Assembly: GCA_964035575.1 (NCBI GenBank)
Contig: OZ037844.1
Location: 310,001 to 374,000 of the forward strand
DNA from: Rhynchopus sp. YZ270_cl-10
Lineage: Eukaryota
Reading direction: 5' to 3'
DNA length: 64,000 nucleotides
A program made the translations under genes and the position numbers. The notes under the pieces are model-generated. The model searched no databases. It saw nothing but the letters and a program-made list of their open reading frames with translations, and was not told the origin of the DNA. Shown here piece by piece: positions 12,360-23,904 of this stretch. Numbering within the stretch: the first letter of the stretch is position 1; each line of letters opens with the position of its first letter.

Positions 12360-15351
12360 TTTTTTTTTTTTTTTTTTTTGATTTTTTGTGGGTGGGAAAA
12401 TTTTTTTGTATACAACAGACGAAGCGGTACGCGTACGGTTGTAAAGAAATAATACAGACCGAAATGTTTGGGCGTCTTCGGTTCGAATGATTGGAATTGT
12501 GTGTGTAGTTCAGACATAAATACTGGCTCTTCTATCTTGTTCTTTTATTCATTGTTTTCCTTTCATTGCCCTTTGCTTGTGCTCCCCGACTCCAATTCAA
12601 CCAACACTTACAGAGGGGGGTCAAAAAGTTATTAGCGTTTTTCATTTAAAAAAAAAAAAAAATGGGGATGCGTCCAATGAAAATCACGTCGTGTAGAAGA
12701 GTTCAAGAATGTAGGTTTTATTATTTTCGGACCCCCCCTTAGGTTTTGTACAGGGCCCCCCTGTAACTTAGGGGGGAAACCGTGATTCCCAAAAATTTTT
12801 TTGCTCGTTGGGGGGGGGGGGGGGTAGGGGGGTCCGTCCGGCCGTTTTTGCTGTCCCAAACCACTTTTTTTTGTAAAAACCCGCGAAAAACCCGAAAAAA
12901 TACCCCAAAACACCCTCAAACCCCCAAAAAATCACCCAAAACCACGAAAAACACACTTTTGAGCACTATTTCGTACTTTTTTCTGATTTTTTTGGTGTTT
13001 TTCCCGCTATTTCAGCCTTTTTCCTGGAAATATACCCCCTAATATTGCCTATAGAATCCCTGTACTGCTCACTGAGACAGCATAGCGACCAGAGGCTCCT
13101 TATTCATCGTACCGGTGTCTTCGCCGTCAAGGGGTGCACAATCTGCCGCAAATTCCCGCAACTCTGTCTTTGTGAAGAGATGAAGCACTTTAGTGTTGTA
13201 CTTTTCAAGTTGCTACTTCTGGGCGCTTTGCATGGACCTGCCTTTGTGGTGCGCTTTGGTGTGTGCTGCGGCAAGTTCTTCCCTTGAGAGATACGGAACC
13301 CAACCTAGGCTGTAGAGGATGTCTAGGTTCCAGCGACAGTGAGTCGGTGTTGTCGGGGTGCTGGCTCCTTCCGTGGTGGCTTGCAACTTGGTCAAGGACA
13401 CCGACAACGGATTCACACGAATTGTTGGTCATAGGAGGAGGCAAGGAAGGCTATACTGCACTTAGGCACAGGGTACGTTGTCATTTTCAGGGACCAAAAA
13501 AGCCCTGGCAAGTGTTGCAAGTACGATTTCACAGCTCGGGAGGTCTGTCGGGCAGTTCGGAGGGATTTAGACACTTCTGCGACTGCTTGAACACGGTTTT
13601 TAGGGTTTTTGTTTTGGGTGCAAAAAACGTCAAAAGGATGGGGGGAAATACGGTTATTTTAAGCGTTTCAGACACAAAAACACCCTCAAAAACCCCCCAG
13701 GGACCCCAAAAAGCTGCAAAACCCACACATTTCCACCTCGGGACCTCAGTGGAGGTGGACTGAGGTGGTTTTTGGGTGTTTTGAATGAATTGGTATTATT
13801 TTTTTTTGGTAAATAAGTGGTCTTCTGCTAGGCGTTGCATAGCCGTTGCTTAAGTGTTGCATAAGTGTTGCATGGCCTATAAAACCCTCCCAAGTGCCCA
13901 AAATGCTATTTTTCACCCTACATGGGGTCTGGGGGACATTTTCCTGGGTGTTTGGACACCATTCCGACTGCCTTAGCACTTTTTTGGGGGTTTTCAGGTA
14001 CAAAAAAAGTCAAAAAAGTGACTAAAAAAAGGGTACTTTTAAGCGTTTGGGGCACACACACACACTGCAAAATGCATCTGGGGCCCCCACAGGACCCCTA
14101 AAAGCTGTAAAAACCATATATTTCCACCCTGGGACCCCACCGGATGTGGACCGAGGTGTTTTTCGGGTGTTTAGAAGGATTTTTGTCTGATTGGAGAATT
14201 TTTTTGGTAAGTGTTGCATTTTGGCCCATGTTGATGACGATTTGATGACGCTATTTTTGGAGATTTTTCACAAAAAACCGATTTTTTTAAACCAGGAAAG
14301 TCTCTGTAGAGGTTGTCAGGTGGTTTAATGGGATATTTGGGTGATCCCCAGGGCGATTTGCGGCCAGGTACGACCTTTTTAGTTGATTTCTTCACCTAAA
14401 TTTCAAAAAAATGGGTTTGGGACAGCAAATCCTTAAGGAATTCCTTCTACGTGGACCCCCCTAGCCAGGCTAGGGGGGGGGGGGGGGGGGTTTGGACCCC
14501 ATTTCAAGTAACATTGTAACATGGATTGGAATAATGGGCCTTCCCAAAGAGGGTGCAGCCGTACTTTTTTTTTTCTCTCTTTGACATGTTTAGCAAAAAG
14601 TAAAAAAGAGAAGTACAAAAGGCAAATGAAAAAAGAAAACACAAAACACAGAACACACCAATGTGCGCGGTGTTTTGGGGTGTCAGCTACGTTTGTGGGT
14701 TTAAAAAAAAACTTCACACATCTCTCAGAACGAAACGAACATATTATAAGATGAACCTGAGCTTCTCGTGCTTCATCACTTTTTAAAAAAAATCAACCTC
14801 AAAAATAAACACTGAAGTTGATAGTGTAAAACGCCTCAGATGCTGCAACTCTTCTTTGATAATACCCGCAGACCTCAGAGCGTTTTACACTCGAAGTAGC
14901 GCACAGGGGAGAGGAAACAATTGTGGTCATTCACAAAAGGGGGTAAAAACGTTGCATTTTTGGGATACTGCTGCAGTTGCTGTAGCAATGCCCCCATATT
15001 TAAAAAAATAAATATAACAGTGGGGTGATCAGAGGTACTTTTTTGCAGCTCGAGTCACAAAGAATCATAAAAAATCACAAAAAATCACAAAATCTGGATT
15101 GCGAATCACAAAAAATCACAAAAAATCACAAAATCTGGATTGCAATAACACAGAGAATCCGCTCGTTTGAGGGACTAAAAATAAAGATTATTTTTCTTTT
15201 GTTGTATACAACAGACGAAGCGGTACGCGTACGGTTGTAAAGAAATACCGTGACCAGAAAAAACATGAACTAGAATATTATGGACCTTTTGGGATAGTTT
15301 GAGCTAGTGGGGGTTACCGTACACACCGGCCGCAAAGCACGACATCAATGA

Positions 15352-16233
15352 TCACCCCCGCCGATGCCCTTGCGCTCCTACGTCCGGCTTCCCCCACTTC
15401 AACGTTGTCGTCGATGCGTTCACAAGAAAGAACACCGCGAAAGACCCTGACACACAACGCACATCAAACTCAACAGGGTTGCCCCCAGGTATCTTCACCT
15501 CCTCCGTTCTTGGTGTAGAGCTCACGATATGAATTGTTCCGTTTGGGGCAGAGGCGTACACAGACCCGACATTGAAGTTAAGCACCTTAAACACAAGGTC
15601 GTCGTTGTTGGTGCACATCACCTGCCCAAAAATATTTTCCCCAGACTTCCCTTTCATAAACCCTTCGGCTGATAAATTGAGTTGAGAGGAGAACCCTGGT
15701 TGCTTAGAAATCGCTGCAATCTCTGATAGGGCTTTTGCCTTGGCAAGGAAGGTGTGGGTGACGGAGTGTTCTCTTGTGGGGATCAATCTGACGATGTGAT
15801 CGACGGAGAACGTCATGTAGCAGTTTGCGTCCCTGGAATACGAATGGAATATGAGCGGGTCGCGTCCCAGGTACCGGATGTTGATCGAGAGCGGGATTGT
15901 CATCTTCTCCTTGATGGTAGCTGTCTGCTTCCAGAAGATCTGGCGTTGACCGTTGTACGCTTCCAGGCCAAATACCACCTCAGCTTCGTCCTTGCACCCC
16001 TCCCCCCACGACGGCCCCCGCGTTACCACTATGCTGTCCAGAAACACTTTGTTCGTCTTGTACAGATTGTCCTCCAGCGAGTTGTCCTTCTCCTGGTAGT
16101 AAATCCCCTCCAGCGCAAAGGAACTCTGCTTCGCACCGTGCAGTTCCGTGTTCGTCTTTGCTGCGATGAGGTACGTCGGATCCGCTGCGACCAACCCACA
16201 CCACAGCGGCAGAAGATATAAGTGCTGCATCAT
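15352..16233 (-). pseudogene. Membrane-protein paralogue 1, C-terminally truncated (no TM or tail); pseudogene or secreted variant, 293 aa
   Basis: Same MMQHLYLLPLWCGLVAADP start as the other copies. Relative to copy 2 it has a 1-bp deletion near 15370, further deletions in the TM-coding region, and a junction to 3' flank sequence at about 15316. Confidence 0.75.
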
Positions 16234-16618
16234 GTAAAAGCACTCTAAAAACACCTGTCTTGTGAAATAGGGCGGGGGTTGACATGTTGTGAAAAAAAAT
16301 ATTAAAACTTCTATTCTGTTTTTTTCTTGAATTTTTTTACCAACGTGATATTCATTGCACGCATTCAATGCTGAAGTTGATAGTGTAAAAAAAACCCTCT
16401 GGGATAATACACTAACATTCAGGTTTGTGAGGGGAGCCGTGGCGGCTCACCCTCTAAGTGGGTGTCCCTGAACTGGAAGGGGTGGCGCATAGCGAACAAA
16501 TGAAAAAAGAAAACACAAATTCATATACTTTGGTGTGGCCCGCCCCTCGATTTAACCCACTTTTGGGCCATTCTTGAGCCGTGTTTTTTTAGGTGTATTT
16601 TTTAATTTTTTTGCCCTT

Positions 16619-16803
16619 TACACAGTATACACAGTATACACAGTATACACAGTATACACAGTATACACAGTATACACAGTATACACAGTATACACAGTAT
16701 ACACAGTATACACAGTATACACAGTATACACAGTATACACAGTATACACAGTATACACAGTATACACAGTATACACAGTATACACAGTATACACAGTATA
16801 CAC
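16619..16803. repeat. (TACACAGTA)n, about 20 units
   Basis: Read directly from the sequence. Confidence 0.97.
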
Positions 16804-16815
16804 GGGGGATTGGGA

Positions 16816-17070
16816 GTACAGTACAGTACAGTACAGTACAGTACAGTACAGTACAGTACAGTACAGTACAGTACAGTACAGTACAGTACAGTACAGTACA
16901 GTACAGTACAGTACAGTACAGTACAGTACAGTACAGTACAGTACAGTACAGTACAGTACAGTACAGTACAGTACAGTACAGTACAGTACAGTACAGTACA
17001 GTACAGTACAGTACAGTACAGTACAGTACAGTACAGTACAGTACAGTACAGTACAGTACAGTACAGTACA
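16816..17070. repeat. (GTACA)n, about 51 units
   Basis: Read directly from the sequence. Confidence 0.97.
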
Positions 17071-17805
17071 ATACAGTGGGGGATTATTAAAGTGAAGTCG
17101 GCTAGGGAATTGTTGGTTCTCTCTTGGGGAGTAGTGGGTGTGGGCGGTGACGTTTCCGTTAAATTTCCCCTCCAGTCACTATGCAGAGGTGCCTCCGGGT
17201 CAGACCTAGCGTGAAAACCACCCCAAAAAAAACACCGGGTAACAAATTAAAAAAGGGACCCCCCCTCGATTTAACCCACTTTTGGGCCATTCTTGGGCCA
17301 TTCTTGAGACACGCAAAACCAGAAATCGGGCCACACCATACTTTCAAATAAAATTTGAAAGCATTAGGGAAGTGTATAAAAAAACAACAACAACCCATCT
17401 TTTTTAAAATTCCCAAGAAAACACAAAACACACACACACCAATGTGCGTGGTGCTTTGGGGTGTCACGAACACGTACCTCTCTCTCTTGTCTCTCTCACC
17501 AAGGGTTTCCAATCCCCTCCCAATTTTTATCTACGTCGTGCTTTTGACCAGAATTGCTGTGAAAAAAATTGTTTTCCACGCCACTCTTGCTAGGCAGTAT
17601 GACCGTAGATACGCACCACGGAGAGGGGGGCGAAAAGAGTAACTCTTGGTGTGGCTCGAGCGCCAAAAATAAAGTGTGCATTTTTTGTTGCACTCTTTTG
17701 TGGCACAAAAGGGAGGGTTTTGAGCTACACCAGATACTATACAATAAATTGAAAATAACAGTACTGATCCAAAAAATCATCGGGGGGGCAAAAAAAAATA
17801 TAGTA

Positions 17806-18159
17806 CCGATCCTCCCCCGTGATATTGTCCCCTGTGGTGTTACCGATCTGCTGTCGGGGACATGTCAAGGACATGTCAATATAGGGGGTGTGTCATTTTC
17901 CCCTGTAGACCTTGTATCAAGGACATGCCAAGGACCTGTCAATATGGGCCCTTTCGGGAACACCACCCTGGGAGAAAAAGTGAGGGGGGGGACAATTTAT
18001 CGTACTGTAAAGGGGTGTCCGTTTTGGTGTGAAGAAGGAGAGCAAAGGTTGTCCCCGCGACTCCCTTGAAATTGTCCCCCCCCTGCCTTGTTAAATTGTC
18101 CGTGGGGGCAAAATACCGGTTTTTTTTGGGGGGGGGACAATTTCACGGGGGAGGGTCGG
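17806..18159. mobile_element. MITE with TA TSD
   Basis: TA|CCGATCCTCCCCCGTGATATTGTCCCC...GGGGACAATTTCACGGGGGAGGGTCGG|TA. Confidence 0.7.
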
Positions 18160-19016
18160 TAACCCTGATAGGGAAGTAAAAAGGAAAAAAGGTTTGTTCG
18201 TTGATTGCACAATTACCCTGTTGGAGGGGGTGATTGGCGACCATATCGGAGGACCTATTTCTCCTTTAAGCTACGTTTGTGGGTTTAAAAAAAAACTTGA
18301 AAGATGAACGTGTCTCCCATACATCTCTCAGAACGAAACGAACATATTATAAGATGAACCTAAGCTTCTCGTGATTAATCACCTTTTTTTTTTATTGTTC
18401 ACTTTGTCAAAATCTCTTTGTTTTTCTCTTTGTCTATTTTTCCTGCATTTTTTATTCTCTTCTTTGTACTTTCTTTTGTTTTGGTTGTTGTTAGATAAGC
18501 TCAATCGCCTATCGAGTTCTGTGAATAGCACGGAACTCCTTTTCATGTGTATCCATGGAAATCAGTATCATATGTGATACCGGGGGGGAAAATTTTGAAA
18601 AAAGGTGTCGTTTGAGAAAAACAAACAAACGGACGCGCTGTGTGAAAAACGAGTGTTTCTCTGCGCGTGATATTTTGTGGGGAAGAATAAAACATTATGA
18701 AAAAAGCTCGTTGCGTTCCCACTATCGTTTCCGCTGCGCTCTCACTAGCGTTCCCACTCCATTCGGTTTTCTCTTACTTAAAAAAAAATTTAAAAATCAA
18801 CCTCAAAAAATAAAACACTGAAGTTGATAGTGTAAAACGCCTCTGAGATGCTGCAAGACACTCTTCTTTGATAATACCCGCAGACCTCAGAGCGTTTTAC
18901 ACTCATAGTAGCGCACAGGGGAGAGAAAAACAATTGTCGTCATTTACAAAAAAAAAGGGGGGCGTAAAAACGTTGCATTTTTGGGATATTGTTGCAGTTG
19001 CTGTAGCAATGCCCCA

Positions 19017-19069
19017 CACGGTGGAGTCCGCCCAATGGGCGGACCCTTTTGGGGGCGGACTCCACCGTG
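19017..19069. mobile_element. 53-bp minimal CAC..GTG element, CA TSD, same family as F
   Basis: CA|CACGGTGGAGTCCGCCC...GGGCGGACTCCACCGTG|CA. It is absent from the paralogous site at about 14990. Confidence 0.8.
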
Positions 19070-19335
19070 CACATATTTAAAAAATAAAACAGAGAACCCG
19101 CTCGTTTGGGGGACTAAAAATAAAAACTATTTTTTCTTCTTTTTTATTCAGCAAAATAGTCTAGCCGCCTGCACACTCCTTTCCTCTGTTTGGGTTAGTG
19201 GGGGGTTAAGAAGAGTATTGGAAAAGAGAAATACGAACGAATCGTGTATACACACATAGACTTTGTTTTTTTGCGATTCAGGCAGTATTTAAAATCCACT
19301 GCTTTTCTGTATCATTTTTTTCCCCCGCAAACCCT

Positions 19336-20433
19336 TCAAGCTTCCTCCGCAGGTGGGTCTTGGTCGACCATGTCGAACACATCATCATTTTCGTCTTCTT
19401 CAGATGCAATATCGAGTTGTGTTGCGTTGTTGGAGCGCCCTGAGAGGAAGATCTTGAGCCGCGTGAAAGCAAAGGTGTTGTTCTTCGCGATGCACACACC
19501 GTACACACCGGCCGCAATCAGAAGGAGTATTGTGAGCACGACGCCAATGATCACCCCCACCGGTGCCCTTTGCGCTCCTACGTCCGGCTTCCCCCAGTGC
19601 AACGTTGTCGTCGATGCGTTCATAAGAAGGAACACCGCGAAAGACCCTGACACACAACGCACATCAAACTCAACAGGGTTGCCCCCAGGTATCTTCACCT
19701 CCTCCGTTCTTGGTGTAGAGCTCACGATATGAATTGTTCCGTTGGGGGAAATGATGTGCACAGCACCGACATTGAAGTTAAACACCTTAAACACAAGGTC
19801 GTCGTTGTTGGTGCACATCACCTGCCCAAAAATATTTTCCCCAGATTTCCCTTTCATATCCCCTTCGGCTTTCAAATTGAGCTGAGAGGAGAACCCTGGT
19901 TGCTTAGAAATCGCTGCAATCTCTGATAGGGTTTTGGCTTTGTCGATGAAGGTGTGGGTGACGGGGTTTTCTGTTGTGGGGATCAATCTGACGATGTGAT
20001 CGACGGAGAACGTCATGTAGCAGTTTGCATCCTCGGACAACGAGTGAAATGCGAGCGGGTAGTGTCCCAGGTACTGCACATTGATCGAGAGCGGGATTGT
20101 CATCTTCTCCTTTATGGTAGCTGTCTGCTTCCAGAAGAGCTGGCGTTGGCCGTTGTACGCTTCTAGGGCAAAGATCACCTCAGCTGCGTCCTTGCACCCC
20201 TCCCCCCACGACGGCCCCCGCGTCACCACTATGCTGTCCAGAAACACTTTGTTCGTCTTGTACAGATTGTCCTCCAGCGAGTTGTCCTTCTCCTGGTTGT
20301 AAATACCCTCCAGCACAACGGTGCTCTGCTTCGCACCGTGCAGTTCCGTGTTCGTCTTTGCTGCGATGAGGTACGTCGGATCCGCTGCGACCAACCCACA
20401 CCACAGCGGCAGGAGATATAAGTGCTGCATCAT
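19336..20433 (-). CDS. Predicted type I membrane protein, paralogue 2 (365 aa)
   Basis: N-terminal signal-peptide-like segment, Cys-containing ectodomain, TM VGVIIGVVLTILLLIAAGVYGVCI, and an acidic tail. The ORF is conserved across four copies. Confidence 0.85.
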   Translation of the reverse strand: MMQHLYLLPLWCGLVAADPTYLIAAKTNTELHGAKQSTVVLEGIYNQEKDNSLEDNLYKTNKVFLDSIVVTRGPSWGEGCKDAAEVIFALEAYNGQRQLFWKQTATIKEKMTIPLSINVQYLGHYPLAFHSLSEDANCYMTFSVDHIVRLIPTTENPVTHTFIDKAKTLSEIAAISKQPGFSSQLNLKAEGDMKGKSGENIFGQVMCTNNDDLVFKVFNFNVGAVHIISPNGTIHIVSSTPRTEEVKIPGGNPVEFDVRCVSGSFAVFLLMNASTTTLHWGKPDVGAQRAPVGVIIGVVLTILLLIAAGVYGVCIAKNNTFAFTRLKIFLSGRSNNATQLDIASEEDENDDVFDMVDQDPPAEEA

Positions 20434-21803
20434 GTAAAATCACTCTAAAAACACCTGTCTTTTGAAATAGGGCGGGAAGGGGTTGACATGTTGTGAAAAA
20501 TAAAGTTCGTCCTCGCACCACAAAAATAAAAATGCAAAAAAAAGTTATAGTCCCTGTTGTAAACCACACTGTTTTGTTCTTCCTTTTTGCTTTCGACATT
20601 TTTTATTCATTTGATTTTTTGTTGTTTGGGAGACACGCAACACGTGTCGGTTCTGTGGAAAAACATGACACGGAACCACCTGTGTGCTGCCCCTTTTCAT
20701 GTCTATCCATGAAAACTGTATCACAAGTGATACCGAAAAAAAAGTTTAAGCTGCGGAAGGCGCAAAACAAACTCGCGAACGAAAAAAGAGTTTTTTCTGC
20801 GAAGTGCGTGGTAAGGGGGGGAGAATAAAACAAAAAACCTCCACTATCATTTCGCAAGCTTCATTTATCATTTTGGTTTTCTCCTCACAGTTTTATAGTC
20901 CCCTTTGTAAACCACATTGTTTTGTTCTTCCTTTTTGCTTTCAACCTTTTTATTCATTTACTTTTTTGTTGTTTGGGAGACACGCCCTACGTGTCGGTTC
21001 TGTGGAAAGACCAGCACGGAACCACCTGTGTGCTGCCCCTTTTCATGTCTATCCATGGAAACTGTATCACAAGTGATACCGAAAAAAAAGTTTAAGCTGC
21101 GGAAGGCGCAAAACAAACTCGCGAACGAAAAAAAAGAGTTTTTTCTGCGAAGTGTGTGGTAAGGGGGGGAGAATAAAACATTACGAAAAAACCTCCACTA
21201 TCATTTCGCAAGATTAATTTCCGTTTTGGATTTATCCTCACACGAAAAAAATACAACACGGAGTCTATTTTGTGGGGAGTACATTTTTTACTTAGCGGTG
21301 ATGAAAAAAAGGACGAAAAACAACGAGGCAATTGGCATCCAGTAAAGAACGTTGAACAATTGAAGTCGATAAAAGCCTGCCTCCGACACACCTCTGGAAC
21401 GCAGGGATGGGAAAAAAAAATTTCATGTCGCTTGAGGACATTGTTCAGTTAAAAGGAACACAACCGAGAAAATGGGGGAAAAAAAGAGAAAAAAAACGGG
21501 GGATAATTGTTTTATCCCCCACCCCCCTTTACATCCATCTCGAAAAAAAAAAGCAAATGAAAAAAAGAAAAGAAAACACAAAACACACACACACCAATGT
21601 GCGTGGTGCTTTGGGGTGTCACGAACACGTACCTCTCTCTCTTGTCTCTCTCACCAAGGGTTTCCAAGCCCCTCCCAATTTATCTACGTCGTGCTTTTGA
21701 GAATTCTCGTGTATGTATACACACATAGACCTTGTTTTTTGCGATTCAGGAAGTCTTTAAAATCCGCTGCTTTTCTGTATCATTTACCCTCCCCACAAAC
21801 CCT

Positions 21804-22916
21804 TCAAGCTTCCTCCGCAGGTGGGTCTTGGTCGACCATGTCGAACACATATTCACTTTCGTCTTCTTCGGAGGCAATATCGAGTTGTGTTGCGTTGTTG
21901 GAGCGCCCTGAGAGGAAGATCTTGAGCCGCGTGAAAGCAAAGCTGTTGTTCTTCGCGATGCACACACCGTACACACCGGCCGCAATCAGAAGGAGTATTG
22001 TGAGCACGACGCCAATGATCACCCCCACCGGTGCCCTTTGCGCTCCTACGTCCGCCTTCCCCCAGTGCAACGTTGTCGTCGACGCATTCACGAGAGCGAA
22101 ATTCACGTAAGACCCTGACACACAACGCACATCAAACTCAACAGGGTTGCCCCCAGGTATCTTCACCTCCTCCGTTCTTGGTGTAGAGCTCATGATATTA
22201 ATTGTTCCGTTGGGGGAAAAGATGTGCACAGCACCGACATTGAAGTTAAGCACCTTAAACACAAGGTCGTCGCCATCATTGGTGCACATCACCTGCCCAA
22301 AAATAATTTCCCCAGACTTCCCATTCATATCCCCTTCGTCTTTTAACCATATTTCAATGTTACTCTCTATGATCGAATAAATCGTTGAAACATGGGCCAT
22401 GGTTATATACGTTTTCCTTTTGTCGATGAAGGTGTGGGTGACGGGGTTTTCTGTTGTGGGGATCAATCTGACGATGTGATCGACGGAGAGCGTCATGTAG
22501 CAGTTTGCATCCTCGGACAACGAGTGAAATGCGAGCGGGTAGTGTCCCAGGTACTGCACATTGATCGAGAGCGGGATTGTCATATTTTCTTTGATGGTAG
22601 CTGTCTGCTTCCAGAAGTGTTTGTGTGATAAGAGCTTGTGCTCTTCCAGGGAAAACATTACCTCAGCTTCGTCCTTGCACCCCTCCCCCCACGACGGCCC
22701 CCGCGTCACCACTATGCTGTCCAGAAACACTTTGTTCGTCTTGTACAGATTGTCCTCCAGCGTGTTGTCCTTCTCCTGGCTGTAAATCCCCTCCAGCACA
22801 ACGGTGCTTTGCTTCGCACCGTGCAGTTCCGTGTTCGTCTTTGCTGCGACGAGGTACGTCGGATCCGCTGCGACCAACCCACACCACAGCGGCAGGAGAT
22901 ATAAGTGCTGCATCAT
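21804..22916 (-). CDS. Predicted type I membrane protein, paralogue 3 (370 aa)
   Basis: Same architecture as copy 2, with divergent ectodomain patches. Confidence 0.85.
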   Translation of the reverse strand: MMQHLYLLPLWCGLVAADPTYLVAAKTNTELHGAKQSTVVLEGIYSQEKDNTLEDNLYKTNKVFLDSIVVTRGPSWGEGCKDEAEVMFSLEEHKLLSHKHFWKQTATIKENMTIPLSINVQYLGHYPLAFHSLSEDANCYMTLSVDHIVRLIPTTENPVTHTFIDKRKTYITMAHVSTIYSIIESNIEIWLKDEGDMNGKSGEIIFGQVMCTNDGDDLVFKVLNFNVGAVHIFSPNGTINIMSSTPRTEEVKIPGGNPVEFDVRCVSGSYVNFALVNASTTTLHWGKADVGAQRAPVGVIIGVVLTILLLIAAGVYGVCIAKNNSFAFTRLKIFLSGRSNNATQLDIASEEDESEYVFDMVDQDPPAEEA

Positions 22917-23904
22917 GTAAAATCACTCTAAAAACACCTGTCTTTTGAAATAGGGCGGGGGTTGACATGTTGTGAAAAAGGTCAAGAAAAAGTAAAGATT
23001 GCAGTTCACCGTGTAAAAAAAACATCTCCGGGACAAGCCATTAACATACAGGTTTGTGAGGTGAGTGGCTGAACTGGAAGGGGTTGACACATTGTAAGTG
23101 CAGGGGCGAAGTGGGATGAATTTTGTGTGGGGGGAGCGTGGCCTTTGGGTCATCTGGCGACACAAATCATTTACAGTCAAAGCTAAGGTGGCTATTCCCC
23201 CCACCTTAGATCTGTTGGACAACAAGACGAGGCAGGGAGAAAAAGGGGACCTAATAAAAAGAAGAATTGATTGAAGATACTATCAAAGCCAAGCAGATAG
23301 CATTTGCGCAACTGAGATAAAATCACTGAAACAGCATTGTATTGTTAAGAGAGAATAGTGTAAGACAAAACCAAGCCTCTCACCTTCAAACAGGAGAGTT
23401 TACACACCACCAGACACCGCAGACACAGGTACAGAGAGAATGAGGTGAACAAGACGAGGCTGAAGAGGAAGAGACTGGAGACACACTACTCAAGCCAAAT
23501 CAGATATTGCCTGAAACATTATAATGTTAAACAGGAGAGGTGGGTTGGCTAGTCTCTACCACCTCAAGCAAACCGTAGGTGTACAGAAATATTTTAAATG
23601 TCATGGTCGCGCATAACATTGAAATCATCTCTCATGATTTCTGCATTGCATTGAGTTGGCTAACCGAAAACAAAAAGGCTGATATTTAGTTACACTAAAT
23701 ACAACCCCCTATTTTTTCCAAGCAAAAAGTCTAGCCGCCTGCACACTCCTTTCCTCTTTGAACTAGTGGGGGGTTAAGAAGAGTATTGAAAAGAGTATCA
23801 CAAACGACTCGTGTATACACACATAGACTTTGTTTTTTTTTGCGATTCAGGCAGTCTTTAAAACTCACTGATTTTCTGTATCATTTACCCTTCCCGCAAA
23901 CCCT

